A DNA stretch of 64,000 bases from TPA_inf: Saccharomyces (Eukaryota), in assembly GCA_000146045.2 (NCBI GenBank), contig BK006946.2:832001-896000 (forward strand). Reading direction: 5' to 3'. Below are positions 20,630 to 31,818 of this stretch, piece after piece (the first letter of the stretch is position 1; every line of letters starts with the position of its first letter). Below the pieces are notes generated by a model. The model did no database searches. It had not been told where the DNA came from and was given only the letters and a program-made list of their open reading frames with translations. Position numbers and translations under genes: made by a program.

Positions 20630-22390
20630 ATGACTACAGCTAGTTCTTCTGCTTCCCAGCTACAACAGCGCCTGCCGGAAGAAAAACCTTGGCCGCAACT
20701 GAGTGGCAGCAATGCAGACGCTCAAACCTTCAAATGTAAATACGTAACCAACCACAACTCCTTGGGCGATGGGAATTTTAGCGTCGTGAAAGAATGTATG
20801 AATATACACACAAAGGATTTGTACGCGATGAAGCTTATTAAGAAACAAACTGTCAAGAACAAAATTCAACTTATTCAAAGAGAGTTCGACCTTTTGAGGT
20901 CAATAAGCGAGAAAATCAGAGATATGGAAAAAAAGAATGAACATTCTTTGGACATTTTTGAGGGGCATCACCATATTTTACAACTTTTCGACTATTTTGA
21001 GACGGCAGATAACATTGTCCTGATCACTCAGCTGTGTCAGAAGGGAGATTTGTATGAAAAAATTGTTGAAAATCAGTGTTTAGACCTCGAAACTCAAGTT
21101 ACCTCGTACTGCGCCTGTTTGGTGAGCGTTCTCGAGTTTTTGCATTCTCAAGGTATTGTTCATAGAGACTTGAAAGCAGAAAACGTCTTATTCAGATTGA
21201 GAGTGAACGAAAACGAAAAAAACCTACAGGGTGAACACCACGGAGATTTCAAATACGATCTCTTGGCACACGACCTAGTTCTCGCCGATTTTGGTCTTGC
21301 TGCTGAATATAACACAAGTAAGGTAAACTCGTTAAAGGAGTTTGTTGGAACCATCTCGTATATTGCTCCAGAAATCGTCAAGTGCAAAGGTGTCGGTGAA
21401 ATGACTCCTGATCAAGTTGGCAAACTAGACAAGTATGGTTGTCCGGTGGATATATGGGCCCTTGGTGTACTGACATATTTCATGGCCTTCGGCTATACGC
21501 CCTTTGACTGTACCACAGACGACGAAACTCTGGAATGTATTTCAAAATGTGACTATTACGTCGACGAACAAATGATGCACGACCCTAAATACGAACAATT
21601 TTGGAATTTTGTTCAATGCTGTTTTACTATTGACCCGGCCGTTAGGCGTTCTGCTAAGAATTTGAAACAGCATCCCTTTATTAAGGATTATTTTGCTACT
21701 TCAAATTCTTTGAATACTAAGGACACGCCGAATTTCTCCTTTCATCCAACAATAAGAAGGGTATCTTCTACAGCGTCCATGCACACATTGAGGTCTCCTT
21801 CCAAATCAAGAAAGACAACTACTCTAGCGTATTTAAATATGGATGGCGGGTCCTCTGAAACTTCCACCGCCTTCAGCAGCAAGATGGATTTGCCTGACCT
21901 TTACGTTGATAGAACCATTAATTCTCGTGAAAGATCATTGAATAGAATTCGAGACACTCTGAAGAAAACATTATCCATGACATCTCTTAAGCCTGCAGGC
22001 ACATTCGACTATCTTCACGCTAACAAAAACGGTACTTCTTTATCATCATCCAAGTCAGGCCTCGTGAAAAAGAATTCTACTTTTGTCTTGGACCCTAAGC
22101 CACCAAAGAATAGCTTGATGAACGGTTGTTTCAGCACCACTCCAGAATCGCGCTCAAATTTCAATACCCCCAAAACCTTATCGAGGCAAGGTTCCTCTAC
22201 TAGCGTGAAGAAATATGTCAATGAAGTTGACTTACTTTTAACCCCACGTACGGCCTCGATGAGCAGCAATGATACCACAGCCATTAACGATTATGATACT
22301 ACTAACGATAAGAATCCTGCAAGAAAACACGCAGCTTCATTCCAGGTGAATGTTGATGATTCTGATGGTGATGAAACCATGCAGATATAG
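20630..22390 (+). CDS. TDA1: Ser/Thr protein kinase (Hxk2 kinase under glucose limitation), 586 aa
   Basis: Kinase catalytic motifs are present (HRDLKAENVLF, DFGLA, APE). Fits YMR291W. Confidence 0.85.
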   Translation: MTTASSSASQLQQRLPEEKPWPQLSGSNADAQTFKCKYVTNHNSLGDGNFSVVKECMNIHTKDLYAMKLIKKQTVKNKIQLIQREFDLLRSISEKIRDMEKKNEHSLDIFEGHHHILQLFDYFETADNIVLITQLCQKGDLYEKIVENQCLDLETQVTSYCACLVSVLEFLHSQGIVHRDLKAENVLFRLRVNENEKNLQGEHHGDFKYDLLAHDLVLADFGLAAEYNTSKVNSLKEFVGTISYIAPEIVKCKGVGEMTPDQVGKLDKYGCPVDIWALGVLTYFMAFGYTPFDCTTDDETLECISKCDYYVDEQMMHDPKYEQFWNFVQCCFTIDPAVRRSAKNLKQHPFIKDYFATSNSLNTKDTPNFSFHPTIRRVSSTASMHTLRSPSKSRKTTTLAYLNMDGGSSETSTAFSSKMDLPDLYVDRTINSRERSLNRIRDTLKKTLSMTSLKPAGTFDYLHANKNGTSLSSSKSGLVKKNSTFVLDPKPPKNSLMNGCFSTTPESRSNFNTPKTLSRQGSSTSVKKYVNEVDLLLTPRTASMSSNDTTAINDYDTTNDKNPARKHAASFQVNVDDSDGDETMQI

Positions 22391-22794
22391 TGTTGAATGA
22401 TAATTCACCTTTTTTTTCTTTCTTTTTTTTTTTACCTGGGACGACATTCTAACTAATGAAATTTACGATTAATTATTCTTTTTTTTTTTTTTCAAGAAAT
22501 AAATATAACTGTAACATATATATATTAATTATGGGGGATCACAAAGAAAAATAGTAACTTTAAGAATCAAATAATAATGTGTTGCGCTTCTTAGTACTCA
22601 TCCGGCATTTACGGTTTCCATGGTATGGTTTATTTTTCGTGCATAGTATTACCCGTCGTGTTCTTTTCGGACATTGGAAAGTTGTCCATCCCAAACACTT
22701 AAGATGAGTTAAAAGGCGTTGGCGTTTGCCTTCTCCGTGTGATTGATTTACAGTTCAGCCCAGTGATCATTTAGCTTACCCATCATCGCGTAAA

Positions 22795-23293
22795 ATGTGG
22801 CTCACAGAGGCTCAAAGTATGTTTTTAATATTTTAGATGCTCTTTGCTTCTCCGAGAGACGTTAGTTCCTTTTTTACTAACAACTTACTTTTCACTAGAA
22901 TTTGGTGTGGCCTTCACTTTCGGCGGTTTTCTCTTCTTTTTGTTTGGTATATTTACTTTTTTTGATCGTGCCCTATTGGCCTTGGGCAATATTTTGTTTT
23001 TAATTGGAGTATTCTTAATAATCGGTTCACAAAAGACATATATTTTTTTTACCAGGCCAAACAAAAGGCGCGGTTCACTATTTTTCCTAGTTGGTGCCTT
23101 CTTAATACTGTTGAAATGGACATTTTTGGGCTTTATAATTGAATCTCTAGGTATTATAGGTCTCTTTGGTGATTTTTTTGGCGTCATCGTACAATTTTTG
23201 AGATCAATGCCCATAATTGGTCCCATACTTTCTCACCCAGCAATCGCTCCAATAGTAGATAAATTAGCGGGAGTTAGGGTTCTGCCAGTATAA
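22795..23293 (+). CDS. GOT1: Golgi transport membrane protein, 138 aa, spliced: join(22795..22816, 22899..23293)
   Basis: Exon 1 is ATGTGGCTCACAGAGGCTCAAA. It is followed by a GTATGT 5' splice site, a TACTAAC branch point at 22875-22881, and a cacTAG 3' splice site. Exon 2 continues in frame ([14 protein letters not shown]...) through a 4-TM hydrophobic protein. The total is 417 nt, giving 138 aa plus stop. Confidence 0.85.
22817..22898 (+). other. GOT1 spliceosomal intron (82 nt)
   Basis: Canonical yeast signals are present: GTATGT, then TACTAAC, then TAG. The branch point lies 17 nt upstream of the 3' splice site. Confidence 0.85.
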
Positions 23294-23398
23294 TGGTAAA
23301 ATTTTGTATGTGAATATCATAGATTAATTTTTTCGAACTTTCTATAGGTATAAAGTAAAAATAATAATATTTACATGATTAACGTTGTCCTCACAAAT

Positions 23399-24793
23399 TT
23401 ATGATATTGACTCGACAAAATCTAACACAGTGGAATCATCACCATATTGACCTACTACCTGTAAGCCAATCGGGGTCTTCTCTTTTAAAGGCATTGATAA
23501 ACTTGGTAGTCCAGCCAATGACATTGGGACAGTAAAGACATCGTTTATATACGAGTTAGCCGGAGATTTGGCTTCCTCTTCTTCGAAGTCCCTTATGGAT
23601 CCAGGAAGCTTGGACGATGTGGGAACTATCAGTAGATCTAGGCCGTCTGGATTTCCCTTAGAATTAGTTAAAACATTTGGAAATCTGAAGATCCCGTCAA
23701 ATTCATCGATCAAATTAACTCGTAGCTTTTCTGCCTTAATAAAATTGTTCTTAAATGCATCTGAACAAAGATTATAATTACCTAGAATGATTCTATTCTT
23801 AACTTCTGTTCCGAATTTGGACCTAGTAGGTGCGAATAAAATACCGTCTTTTATATCGAGTTCTGAATCTCTGTATCCATATCTGATACCATCATACCTT
23901 GATAAATTGGAAGCCGCTTCAGCGGGTGATAGCGTATAATAAATCGGTAAACAGTTTTTTACAGATGGAATGGATACAGGGTATATTTCAAGCCCTAAAT
24001 TTATCAGCTTTTCTAGTAAGGATAAATATAATCTGTGGAACCCAATGGGCATACTTTCATGGCTAAATTCCTTTACAATTCCTACCTTTAAAGGTCTCCT
24101 AACCTTTTTATTCCCTTCTATCAATTCACGCAATTCCACACTTAAGGAAGTGGGATCTTTCATGTCATATTTATCGAGCGTATGAAATACTTTTCGCAAG
24201 ACGTTTATCTTTTTGCTAAGTATGCCAACAGTGTCTAAAGATTGAGAATACGCTATTACGCCAAATCTTGACAACCGTCCATAGGACGGCTTGAATCCTA
24301 AAACAGATCCATAGCATGCGGGGAGCCTAACGGAGCCACCAGTATCTGTTCCCAAGGCAAAATCGACTAGATCGCAAGCAACGCTTGCAGCGGCTCCAGA
24401 CGATGAACCTCCCATGATCTTCTTGTCCTCATGAGGATATAAAGGGTTAATTACGGGCCCTCTTATTGAATGTACTCCCCCAGAACCCATTCCAAATTCA
24501 TCTAAATTTGTCTTGCCTAAGATATGCACTCCTGCCTGTTTTAATAGTTTCACTACTGTTGCATCGAAGGGAGACTTGAAATTCTCAAGTATATGTGAGG
24601 CACATGTGGTTGGAAAATCTTTTGTAACTATATTATCCTTGATACTGGCAACGCAACCTGTCAATGTTTCTTTTGTACCTTTTTTATTTGTGATTGAATA
24701 AGGAGATGGATTGATACTAGTGAAAATATTATATTTTGATTGAAAACTAGATAATCTTTCGATTGATTCTTTTAAGGAGCGTTTCAGTGGCAT
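23399..24793 (-). CDS. HER2: Mitochondrial Glu-tRNA(Gln) amidotransferase subunit A-like amidase, about 464 aa
   Basis: An amidase-signature protein ([12 protein letters not shown], Ser-cisSer-Lys family). The maximal ORF is 481 aa from an ATG at 24844. I chose the ATG at 24793 (MPLKRSL...), which gives the 464 aa I recall for YMR293C. The longer ORF would overlap the maximal JNM1 ORF. Confidence 0.75.
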
Positions 24794-24965
24794 TTTTGTA
24801 TAATCAAAGTTAGGACTCCAATTGAGGGGCCATCTTTCCAGCACAAATAATAGTGTTTACAAGTATAGATGTACTATTACTTTTTTGGGAGCCAATGCAT
24901 TTCAAAAAAAAAAAGAAGAGCAGATAAGTCATGAGGCTAAGAAAGATAAAGAAATCTACTGGTTG

Positions 24966-26087
24966 ATGAACGTCATAGATTTAAGTGATCCTGCCATCAA
25001 TGTGGATTATGATAGCTTGATTGGCATTGACAATGAGGAATCTCAAGAAATTTTTGAAAATGAAGTGAAGGAAGATGGACAACAAGAAGAGCAGGAAGAA
25101 GCATCTTCAAGAAAAGATGGGCTCATCGTTGAACCAGGGAGAGATGTTGAGAGTTTGAGAAGGGCTATTCGAGATCAGTTGCTTTTCAAGATACATAGAC
25201 AAAACCAATCAGACTGTGCAGATGCGAGAAAGTTGAGTAACGATGAAGAAGATGAAAGTCGGCAACAGAAATTAGAAAGAATAAGAGAAGAATTGGAGGA
25301 GTTGAAAATAGAAAATTTAACATCTGAAATGCAAACTGAAATCAAGGAATTGTGCGAAATTCAATCAAAATTGGCGACGGAATCATCTAGTAGATTGACA
25401 AATTTGAGGAAGAAGCTTCTCGAAACATATGAAGGCCAAGATACCGTCATATTGCCAAACATAATTCTTGATACGAGTAATATCAAAAGATTGCAAAAGT
25501 TAGATCAGAAAATATCCCTAATGGAACGTTTTGTTGGCATACCAGAAGCTTTGGAGGCAGAAGAAGATAGGAAATCGGTTCATAGTAAAGTCAATGAACT
25601 ATATAGAAGTATTCAACTTTTACAAGGCGATGATAAGGCGGAAGGAAAGCTGCAAAAGTTCCGGGATAGACTCGTAGAACTGAACGAGGAATTTGAAAAC
25701 TCATTGTTAGGCAAGAAAATACAACAGGACTTGAGGTTGAAAGATGACACCGTGAGCAAGCTTGTTATGCCCGAAAACAAAGTAAAGGAGATAAATAGTA
25801 TGTATTCCATGTTCAAGCAATATCAAGATTCACTACCACTGTTGGCGGAGAGGATGAAAAGTCTCAATAAAATGAACAACAGGGTGATCGAGGTGTACGA
25901 AACCACGAAAGGGCTGGATTCACAAATAACCAGCATCCAAGAACAAGGAAAAGTTTGGCTAAAGGCTTTAAATGAGCTGGATAAAAAATTCGATGAACAA
26001 GAGGTTAAAATTCGCGAAAATATGGAGCAGATCAGGCGTAAAATTGATACCCTCGAAGACGAAGCTCTACAGAGAAATAGCAAATAA
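24966..26087 (+). CDS. JNM1: Dynactin p50/dynamitin subunit, coiled-coil protein, 373 aa
   Basis: A coiled-coil-rich protein. The maximal ORF starts at 24822 (421 aa). The start is trimmed to MNVIDLSDPAINVDY..., giving 373 aa as I recall for YMR294W. Only about 170 bp separate it from the divergent HER2 start. Confidence 0.75.
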   Translation: MNVIDLSDPAINVDYDSLIGIDNEESQEIFENEVKEDGQQEEQEEASSRKDGLIVEPGRDVESLRRAIRDQLLFKIHRQNQSDCADARKLSNDEEDESRQQKLERIREELEELKIENLTSEMQTEIKELCEIQSKLATESSSRLTNLRKKLLETYEGQDTVILPNIILDTSNIKRLQKLDQKISLMERFVGIPEALEAEEDRKSVHSKVNELYRSIQLLQGDDKAEGKLQKFRDRLVELNEEFENSLLGKKIQQDLRLKDDTVSKLVMPENKVKEINSMYSMFKQYQDSLPLLAERMKSLNKMNNRVIEVYETTKGLDSQITSIQEQGKVWLKALNELDKKFDEQEVKIRENMEQIRRKIDTLEDEALQRNSK

Positions 26088-26296
26088 AAGGCGGAGAAAT
26101 AATTTTATAAACCAATTTAATTTCATTCTTCATTTTTTCGTCTCCATATGACAAAAAAATTGAAAATATGTGTGTGTATGTATATATAATAATAGTAATA
26201 ATAACAATATGAAATATGAAATATCCAAAATAAGAGCGGAAAACAGAAATTATCATAAAAAAGAAAAAAATAAAGTCTCTAAAGGGTATCAAGCGC

Positions 26297-26890
26297 TTAT
26301 TTCTTCTTCATTCTACCAAACAATCCCTTCTTCTTCTTCTTTTGCTTTTCCTCAGTCTGTACGTGTTGTTGTGGCTGATACACTGCTTGTTCACCATACA
26401 TTTGACTGGAAGCACCACCCACTTGCTGTGGCATACCGTTCGCATCGTAAGTCACAGCAGCACCAAACACAGGGAAATCAGGTCTTACGCGGAACCCGTA
26501 AGTTGGAGTCTCCAACTGTTGGGCCCAGACCGGGTCTCCGGAGACAGCATACTCGAAACTTCTTATAGTGTCCAAAGGTCTTTCGTCTCTTGCCCTAGTT
26601 GGATTCGATATATCTGCCTGTGTGATGGGTTGACCGAAAACATCACACAGAACATGACCTTCTTCGTTGGAAAAATAAGATTGTCTGTTCATGTTGTCGT
26701 GGAAGGTATCAGCAGCTTGTTCAAAAGGTTGGGCTTCCTGCACAGCGTCTAGAATAGGATCAGCAACGGAAGCAGTACGCATCTTCAATCTTGCCTTGTC
26801 ATCTTCAGAAATCTTGACATCTGAGGCACGGTTCGCTCCGTCATGATCACTCGTGTTACTGATACTGGATTTCTTTCTAAAATGCATCAT
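26297..26890 (-). CDS. Conserved protein of unknown function (ribosome-associated), 197 aa
   Basis: Complete 197-aa ORF with a hydrophilic, low-complexity sequence and a lysine-rich C-terminus. Position and length fit YMR295C. Confidence 0.7.
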   Translation of the reverse strand: MMHFRKKSSISNTSDHDGANRASDVKISEDDKARLKMRTASVADPILDAVQEAQPFEQAADTFHDNMNRQSYFSNEEGHVLCDVFGQPITQADISNPTRARDERPLDTIRSFEYAVSGDPVWAQQLETPTYGFRVRPDFPVFGAAVTYDANGMPQQVGGASSQMYGEQAVYQPQQHVQTEEKQKKKKKGLFGRMKKK

Positions 26891-27214
26891 ATTGCCTTGG
26901 TGTGCTGTTTTAACCTTGTTTGATGTTTGCTGTGTCTCTTGTGTTAGTTCTCTGCCTAGTGAAACCGAAAATGCTCAAGAAAGCGTACCACGAAAGTACT
27001 CCTTTCTTTTCTATTAATAAATAAACAAATAAATAATACAGGTTGCTTTGCCTCGATGGTAAAAGGAAAGAAAATTTCGGATCCGAAAATTTTTAGCGCA
27101 TTCTCTGGGCGCCGTGCACCACGTCAATTTGACAGAGATGATGTTACGATTATTTGTATTATTGTATAAATATTTATATATATATGTGCGTGTGCATATA
27201 CTGGCTTTCTATTT

Positions 27215-28891
27215 TTATTTATTAGATTCTTGGCAACAGGCAAGGATGGACTGCTTGACACTTTCGCAAGCATTTTTGAGTTCCTCTGGGGACATGGCGG
27301 CGTTACAGCAGATTTTCAAGCTAGGGACAATTGGTAGCGTCTCCTGTTTTAAAACAATAGTGTTTCTTGTGATGAGAACGTTGTAGTTAATAAGAGCATG
27401 ATCTACTATGGACTGCAGAAATTTTTCCTCCTCTTCGTATGGCTCAATGAATTTGTTTGTCTGGGACTTCTTTTGCAAAGCTGACATGGTTTCGAATAGC
27501 TGTTCGCAGGTGTATCCGAACTTGCGAGACCTATATGCGGGAGTCAGTTGCAGATGTAGGACAGCAGACACTGGAGAGGACGTGACGATTACGTATGAAC
27601 GCAAGGAGTCGTCAGATGCAAAGGAATCATGCAAAGATTTGGATAGTTTTTGCAGCGTCTGGACGGCGTCGTTGTTGGAGTCCATCAATTTCAAGACTTT
27701 GGAGACGGATGTGACGGTGTAAGCCGGCAAACAGGCAGAAAAACAATATGCATTGGAACCAATACGCTGGTGCAAACACATAACACTGTCACCCAGGACA
27801 AAACCACCGGTGGACCCCAACGCGGTGGCCATGGACCCAACGGTAATGTCAATGGCAGTTGCGCGATCCATGTTGAAGTGCTCTGACAACCCACGGCCCG
27901 TAGCGCCAAGAACACCAATGGAGAAGGTTTCGTCAACAAATAGTCTGAACTTGTACTTGTTCTTCAGCTTAGTCAACTCAGGCAACGGAGCTAAATCGCC
28001 CGAGTTGTGGAAAATACCCTCAGTGACGATAAATTTTCTTGGAATGGCGGGCAGTTTCTCAAGTTTCTCCTGTTCGGTCAACTCGTTTAATAAACATTCT
28101 AGCGAATTCATATCGTTGTGGTTGAAGTAGTAGACTGTGGATCTGCTTAGTTGCAGAGCATTTTGCACTGGTAATGACACCTGGTCGTCTGCCACGATAA
28201 CATCACCACGCTTTGTGAAAGCAGGCAGAACAGAGGGTGCGGCACAAAAGTCTTGCCCGTACAGAACGGAACCTTGGGTGCCAAAGAACTGTGCTAAATC
28301 ATATTCCAACGTGTAATGAACGTCCTGGTTACCGTAGAACCCGGCGGGACCACAGGCGCCCACACCGTAATTCTTGATAGTGGTCTTGACCACTTCTTTC
28401 ACGGGCTCCGTAGCGGACAATTGCAAAAAGTTGTTCGAGGCCAAATTGAAAACATTGGTATACTTCTCCTGCAGGTTGTTTCTGGTGATAGTAATATGGT
28501 TCTGAATGGGCATTTCCATGGTGACGGGTGTTTTGGCCACCCTCCACGATTGCTCATCGGTGGCAGAAGGGTCGACTAGAGGCTCGGGCTCCCAGTCCTC
28601 AATTAGCGCGTCAATCTCCTGGGGCGATAGGTTGGGCTTCTGTGCTTGAAGACTCTTTTTCTGTTGTGGCTTGGACAAGTAATAGATGATCCCGTATAAA
28701 ATAAGCCCTATCTCAACCGTGGTCCTGTATGGATCGTCATGATGCGATTTCTTGATGTACGAAACGATGAATTGGCCTCCCGGGATTTGAGTCAACACCA
28801 GATTGAAGTAGTACCATAGGTACGATGAGGTGGTAACAATAAATGCCGGAATCGGTATTGATTTGGGTAAAACCTCTGGGATGTGTGCCAT
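27215..28891 (-). CDS. LCB1: Serine palmitoyltransferase subunit 1 (sphingolipid long-chain base synthesis), 558 aa
   Basis: Complete 558-aa ORF with an N-terminal TM segment and a class-II aminotransferase fold. It lacks the PLP-binding lysine, which is characteristic of LCB1. Fits YMR296C. Confidence 0.9.
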   Translation of the reverse strand: MAHIPEVLPKSIPIPAFIVTTSSYLWYYFNLVLTQIPGGQFIVSYIKKSHHDDPYRTTVEIGLILYGIIYYLSKPQQKKSLQAQKPNLSPQEIDALIEDWEPEPLVDPSATDEQSWRVAKTPVTMEMPIQNHITITRNNLQEKYTNVFNLASNNFLQLSATEPVKEVVKTTIKNYGVGACGPAGFYGNQDVHYTLEYDLAQFFGTQGSVLYGQDFCAAPSVLPAFTKRGDVIVADDQVSLPVQNALQLSRSTVYYFNHNDMNSLECLLNELTEQEKLEKLPAIPRKFIVTEGIFHNSGDLAPLPELTKLKNKYKFRLFVDETFSIGVLGATGRGLSEHFNMDRATAIDITVGSMATALGSTGGFVLGDSVMCLHQRIGSNAYCFSACLPAYTVTSVSKVLKLMDSNNDAVQTLQKLSKSLHDSFASDDSLRSYVIVTSSPVSAVLHLQLTPAYRSRKFGYTCEQLFETMSALQKKSQTNKFIEPYEEEEKFLQSIVDHALINYNVLITRNTIVLKQETLPIVPSLKICCNAAMSPEELKNACESVKQSILACCQESNK

Positions 28892-29850
28892 TGCTTTTTT
28901 TTTTTGGGTGGGAAGGAAGAAAAAAGGATAAATAACCCTACACGAGCAAAATGTGTATATTGGAGGCCAGGCAGAAGGTTAGAGCGCTCTTATACTGTGC
29001 TACTCGATGATGTTGAAAAGAATTTTTTTTATTTTTCCTTTTCTTTTTCTTAAGTACTATATTTTCTCAATCTTACTTTCGTTCACTACAGTTAACCGCA
29101 GCAATATGCCCCTATAAAAAAGAATGAGTGAAAAATTTGTTAGCAGAGAAGCAAGAAGGAAAGAAGGAAAAAAAAAAGAAACCGTGTAAGAAATCATGGC
29201 GCCTCAAAAAAAAAAAAATACGCGAAATCGATTTCCGTATATGATGATACATATGTTAGGTCTCTTATGGTAGTTTTTAGGGTCTGTCCTGTTTTTTGAA
29301 GGCATTGGTTAGGGTCTAGTAAGTAACTCGTATAAAGAGATGTACTTTTATACGGTATGTGTGGCGGTTATTTCCAGTGTTTTTTTTCCCTTATTTTGTG
29401 GGTTCATGGAAATAGTACATATTGACCTTCTGCACAAGAAGCCATATTGACAGAGCAGTATGTGAGGACCTTTCTTCTACACAATGTAACAGTCAATGGT
29501 TGTAGTCAATACCACGACCTTTACGTGCAGTTTTAGAGCGAAACTTCGGTTTTTTGAGACTTACCTCGTGTTTGTGTCTCCCTGGGAATGGAGCCGCGCC
29601 ACCCTTGTCTATTATGTATAGTCTTATTTAATCATAGCGATGTTGGTCATCCAGTACACTTCGGTAGCAACCTTCGTTTGTGATTGTCTTGGTAATTGCT
29701 TCCAACAACTTTATCCATCATTGAGACAGGGGCCATATCACCCGCGGGGTCTCAAAGAAGGGGCCCACTAATAAAAGCACGAGATAAGAATGCCAGCAAA
29801 AAAGCTCCGAAATAATTCTTTTCGTCTTCCCTCCTAGTCTTAACAAGACA

Positions 29851-29864
29851 AGAGAGAGAGAGAG
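29851..29864. repeat. (AG)7 dinucleotide microsatellite in the PRC1 5' region
   Basis: agagagagagagag lies 58-71 bp upstream of the PRC1 ATG. Confidence 0.9.
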
Positions 29865-29921
29865 AAAGAATACTCACTAGAGATTGTTTCTTTTCTACTC
29901 AACTTAAAGTATACATACGCT

Positions 29922-31520
29922 ATGAAAGCATTCACCAGTTTACTATGTGGACTAGGCCTGTCCACTACACTCGCTAAGGCCATCTCATTGCAAAGACCGT
30001 TGGGTCTAGATAAGGACGTTTTGCTGCAAGCTGCGGAAAAATTTGGTTTGGACCTCGACCTGGATCATCTCTTGAAGGAGTTGGACTCCAATGTATTGGA
30101 CGCTTGGGCCCAAATAGAGCATTTGTACCCAAACCAGGTTATGAGCCTTGAAACTTCCACTAAGCCAAAATTCCCTGAAGCAATCAAAACGAAGAAAGAC
30201 TGGGACTTTGTGGTCAAGAATGACGCAATTGAAAACTATCAGCTTCGTGTCAACAAGATTAAGGACCCTAAAATCCTGGGCATTGACCCAAATGTCACAC
30301 AGTACACGGGTTACTTGGATGTGGAAGACGAGGACAAGCATTTCTTCTTTTGGACTTTTGAAAGTAGAAACGATCCTGCAAAGGATCCGGTCATCCTTTG
30401 GTTGAACGGGGGTCCAGGTTGTTCTTCACTAACCGGGCTGTTCTTTGAATTAGGACCCTCATCCATTGGACCTGATTTGAAACCCATCGGGAACCCTTAC
30501 TCTTGGAACAGCAATGCCACCGTGATCTTCCTTGACCAGCCTGTCAACGTTGGGTTCTCGTATTCCGGGTCCTCAGGTGTTTCCAACACTGTCGCCGCTG
30601 GTAAGGATGTCTATAACTTCTTGGAGTTGTTCTTCGATCAGTTCCCTGAATACGTCAACAAGGGCCAAGATTTCCACATCGCTGGGGAATCCTACGCCGG
30701 CCATTACATCCCTGTTTTTGCCTCTGAAATTTTGTCTCACAAGGACAGAAACTTCAACTTAACCTCCGTCTTGATCGGAAATGGCCTCACTGACCCATTG
30801 ACTCAGTATAACTATTACGAACCAATGGCCTGTGGTGAAGGTGGCGAACCATCTGTTTTGCCCTCGGAGGAATGCTCTGCTATGGAAGACTCTTTGGAAC
30901 GTTGTTTGGGCTTGATCGAGTCGTGCTATGACTCGCAATCCGTCTGGTCCTGTGTTCCAGCTACCATTTATTGTAATAACGCCCAATTGGCTCCTTACCA
31001 ACGTACCGGCAGAAACGTTTACGATATCAGGAAGGATTGTGAAGGTGGCAATTTGTGCTACCCAACGTTACAAGATATCGACGACTACTTAAACCAGGAC
31101 TACGTCAAAGAAGCTGTCGGTGCGGAGGTTGACCACTACGAATCCTGTAACTTCGATATCAACAGAAATTTCCTGTTTGCGGGTGATTGGATGAAGCCTT
31201 ACCACACCGCCGTAACAGATCTTTTGAATCAAGACCTACCCATTCTGGTATATGCAGGCGATAAAGATTTCATCTGTAACTGGTTGGGTAATAAGGCGTG
31301 GACGGATGTCTTGCCATGGAAGTACGACGAAGAATTTGCAAGCCAAAAAGTACGTAACTGGACTGCTTCTATCACCGACGAGGTCGCTGGTGAAGTCAAA
31401 TCCTACAAGCACTTCACCTATTTGAGAGTCTTCAATGGTGGCCACATGGTTCCATTTGACGTCCCTGAAAACGCCTTAAGTATGGTTAACGAATGGATCC
31501 ACGGTGGTTTCTCCTTATAA
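29922..31520 (+). CDS. PRC1: Vacuolar carboxypeptidase Y (serine carboxypeptidase), 532 aa
   Basis: The signal peptide [20 protein letters not shown] and the propeptide QRPL vacuolar sorting signal are present. The active site carries [10 protein letters not shown] with Ser146 and the [10 protein letters not shown] motif. Unambiguous. Confidence 0.98.
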   Translation: MKAFTSLLCGLGLSTTLAKAISLQRPLGLDKDVLLQAAEKFGLDLDLDHLLKELDSNVLDAWAQIEHLYPNQVMSLETSTKPKFPEAIKTKKDWDFVVKNDAIENYQLRVNKIKDPKILGIDPNVTQYTGYLDVEDEDKHFFFWTFESRNDPAKDPVILWLNGGPGCSSLTGLFFELGPSSIGPDLKPIGNPYSWNSNATVIFLDQPVNVGFSYSGSSGVSNTVAAGKDVYNFLELFFDQFPEYVNKGQDFHIAGESYAGHYIPVFASEILSHKDRNFNLTSVLIGNGLTDPLTQYNYYEPMACGEGGEPSVLPSEECSAMEDSLERCLGLIESCYDSQSVWSCVPATIYCNNAQLAPYQRTGRNVYDIRKDCEGGNLCYPTLQDIDDYLNQDYVKEAVGAEVDHYESCNFDINRNFLFAGDWMKPYHTAVTDLLNQDLPILVYAGDKDFICNWLGNKAWTDVLPWKYDEEFASQKVRNWTASITDEVAGEVKSYKHFTYLRVFNGGHMVPFDVPENALSMVNEWIHGGFSL

Positions 31521-31818
31521 AGCGTGTATGTGTAGGCATACCGTTTTTATTATCAGCTACGATCGAAATATATACGTTTTTATCTATGTTACGTTATATA
31601 TTGTAGTCTTAACCATTTGTAAGTTTTGCTTCTTTTCTTTTATTCATTTCATAACATCATACTGTTTTACGTAATACCATCCTTAACTTTTTCCACCGAA
31701 GGGGAGGAAGAACTAAATTCTAGAAAAATGAAACCATTAAAAAAAAAGAAAACAATAGAGCTGCTTCTACAATTTTGCACATCAAAAAAGACCTCCAACT
31801 ACCGAGTTTGTAAGTACA

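Noticed and set aside
26170-26568. 132-aa + strand ORF overlapping the 3' end of YMR295C (opposite strand)
   Set aside because: It begins in an AT-rich terminator region and overlaps a real gene. It is compositionally odd (poly-N, basic) and likely the dubious ORF annotated in this position rather than a real gene.
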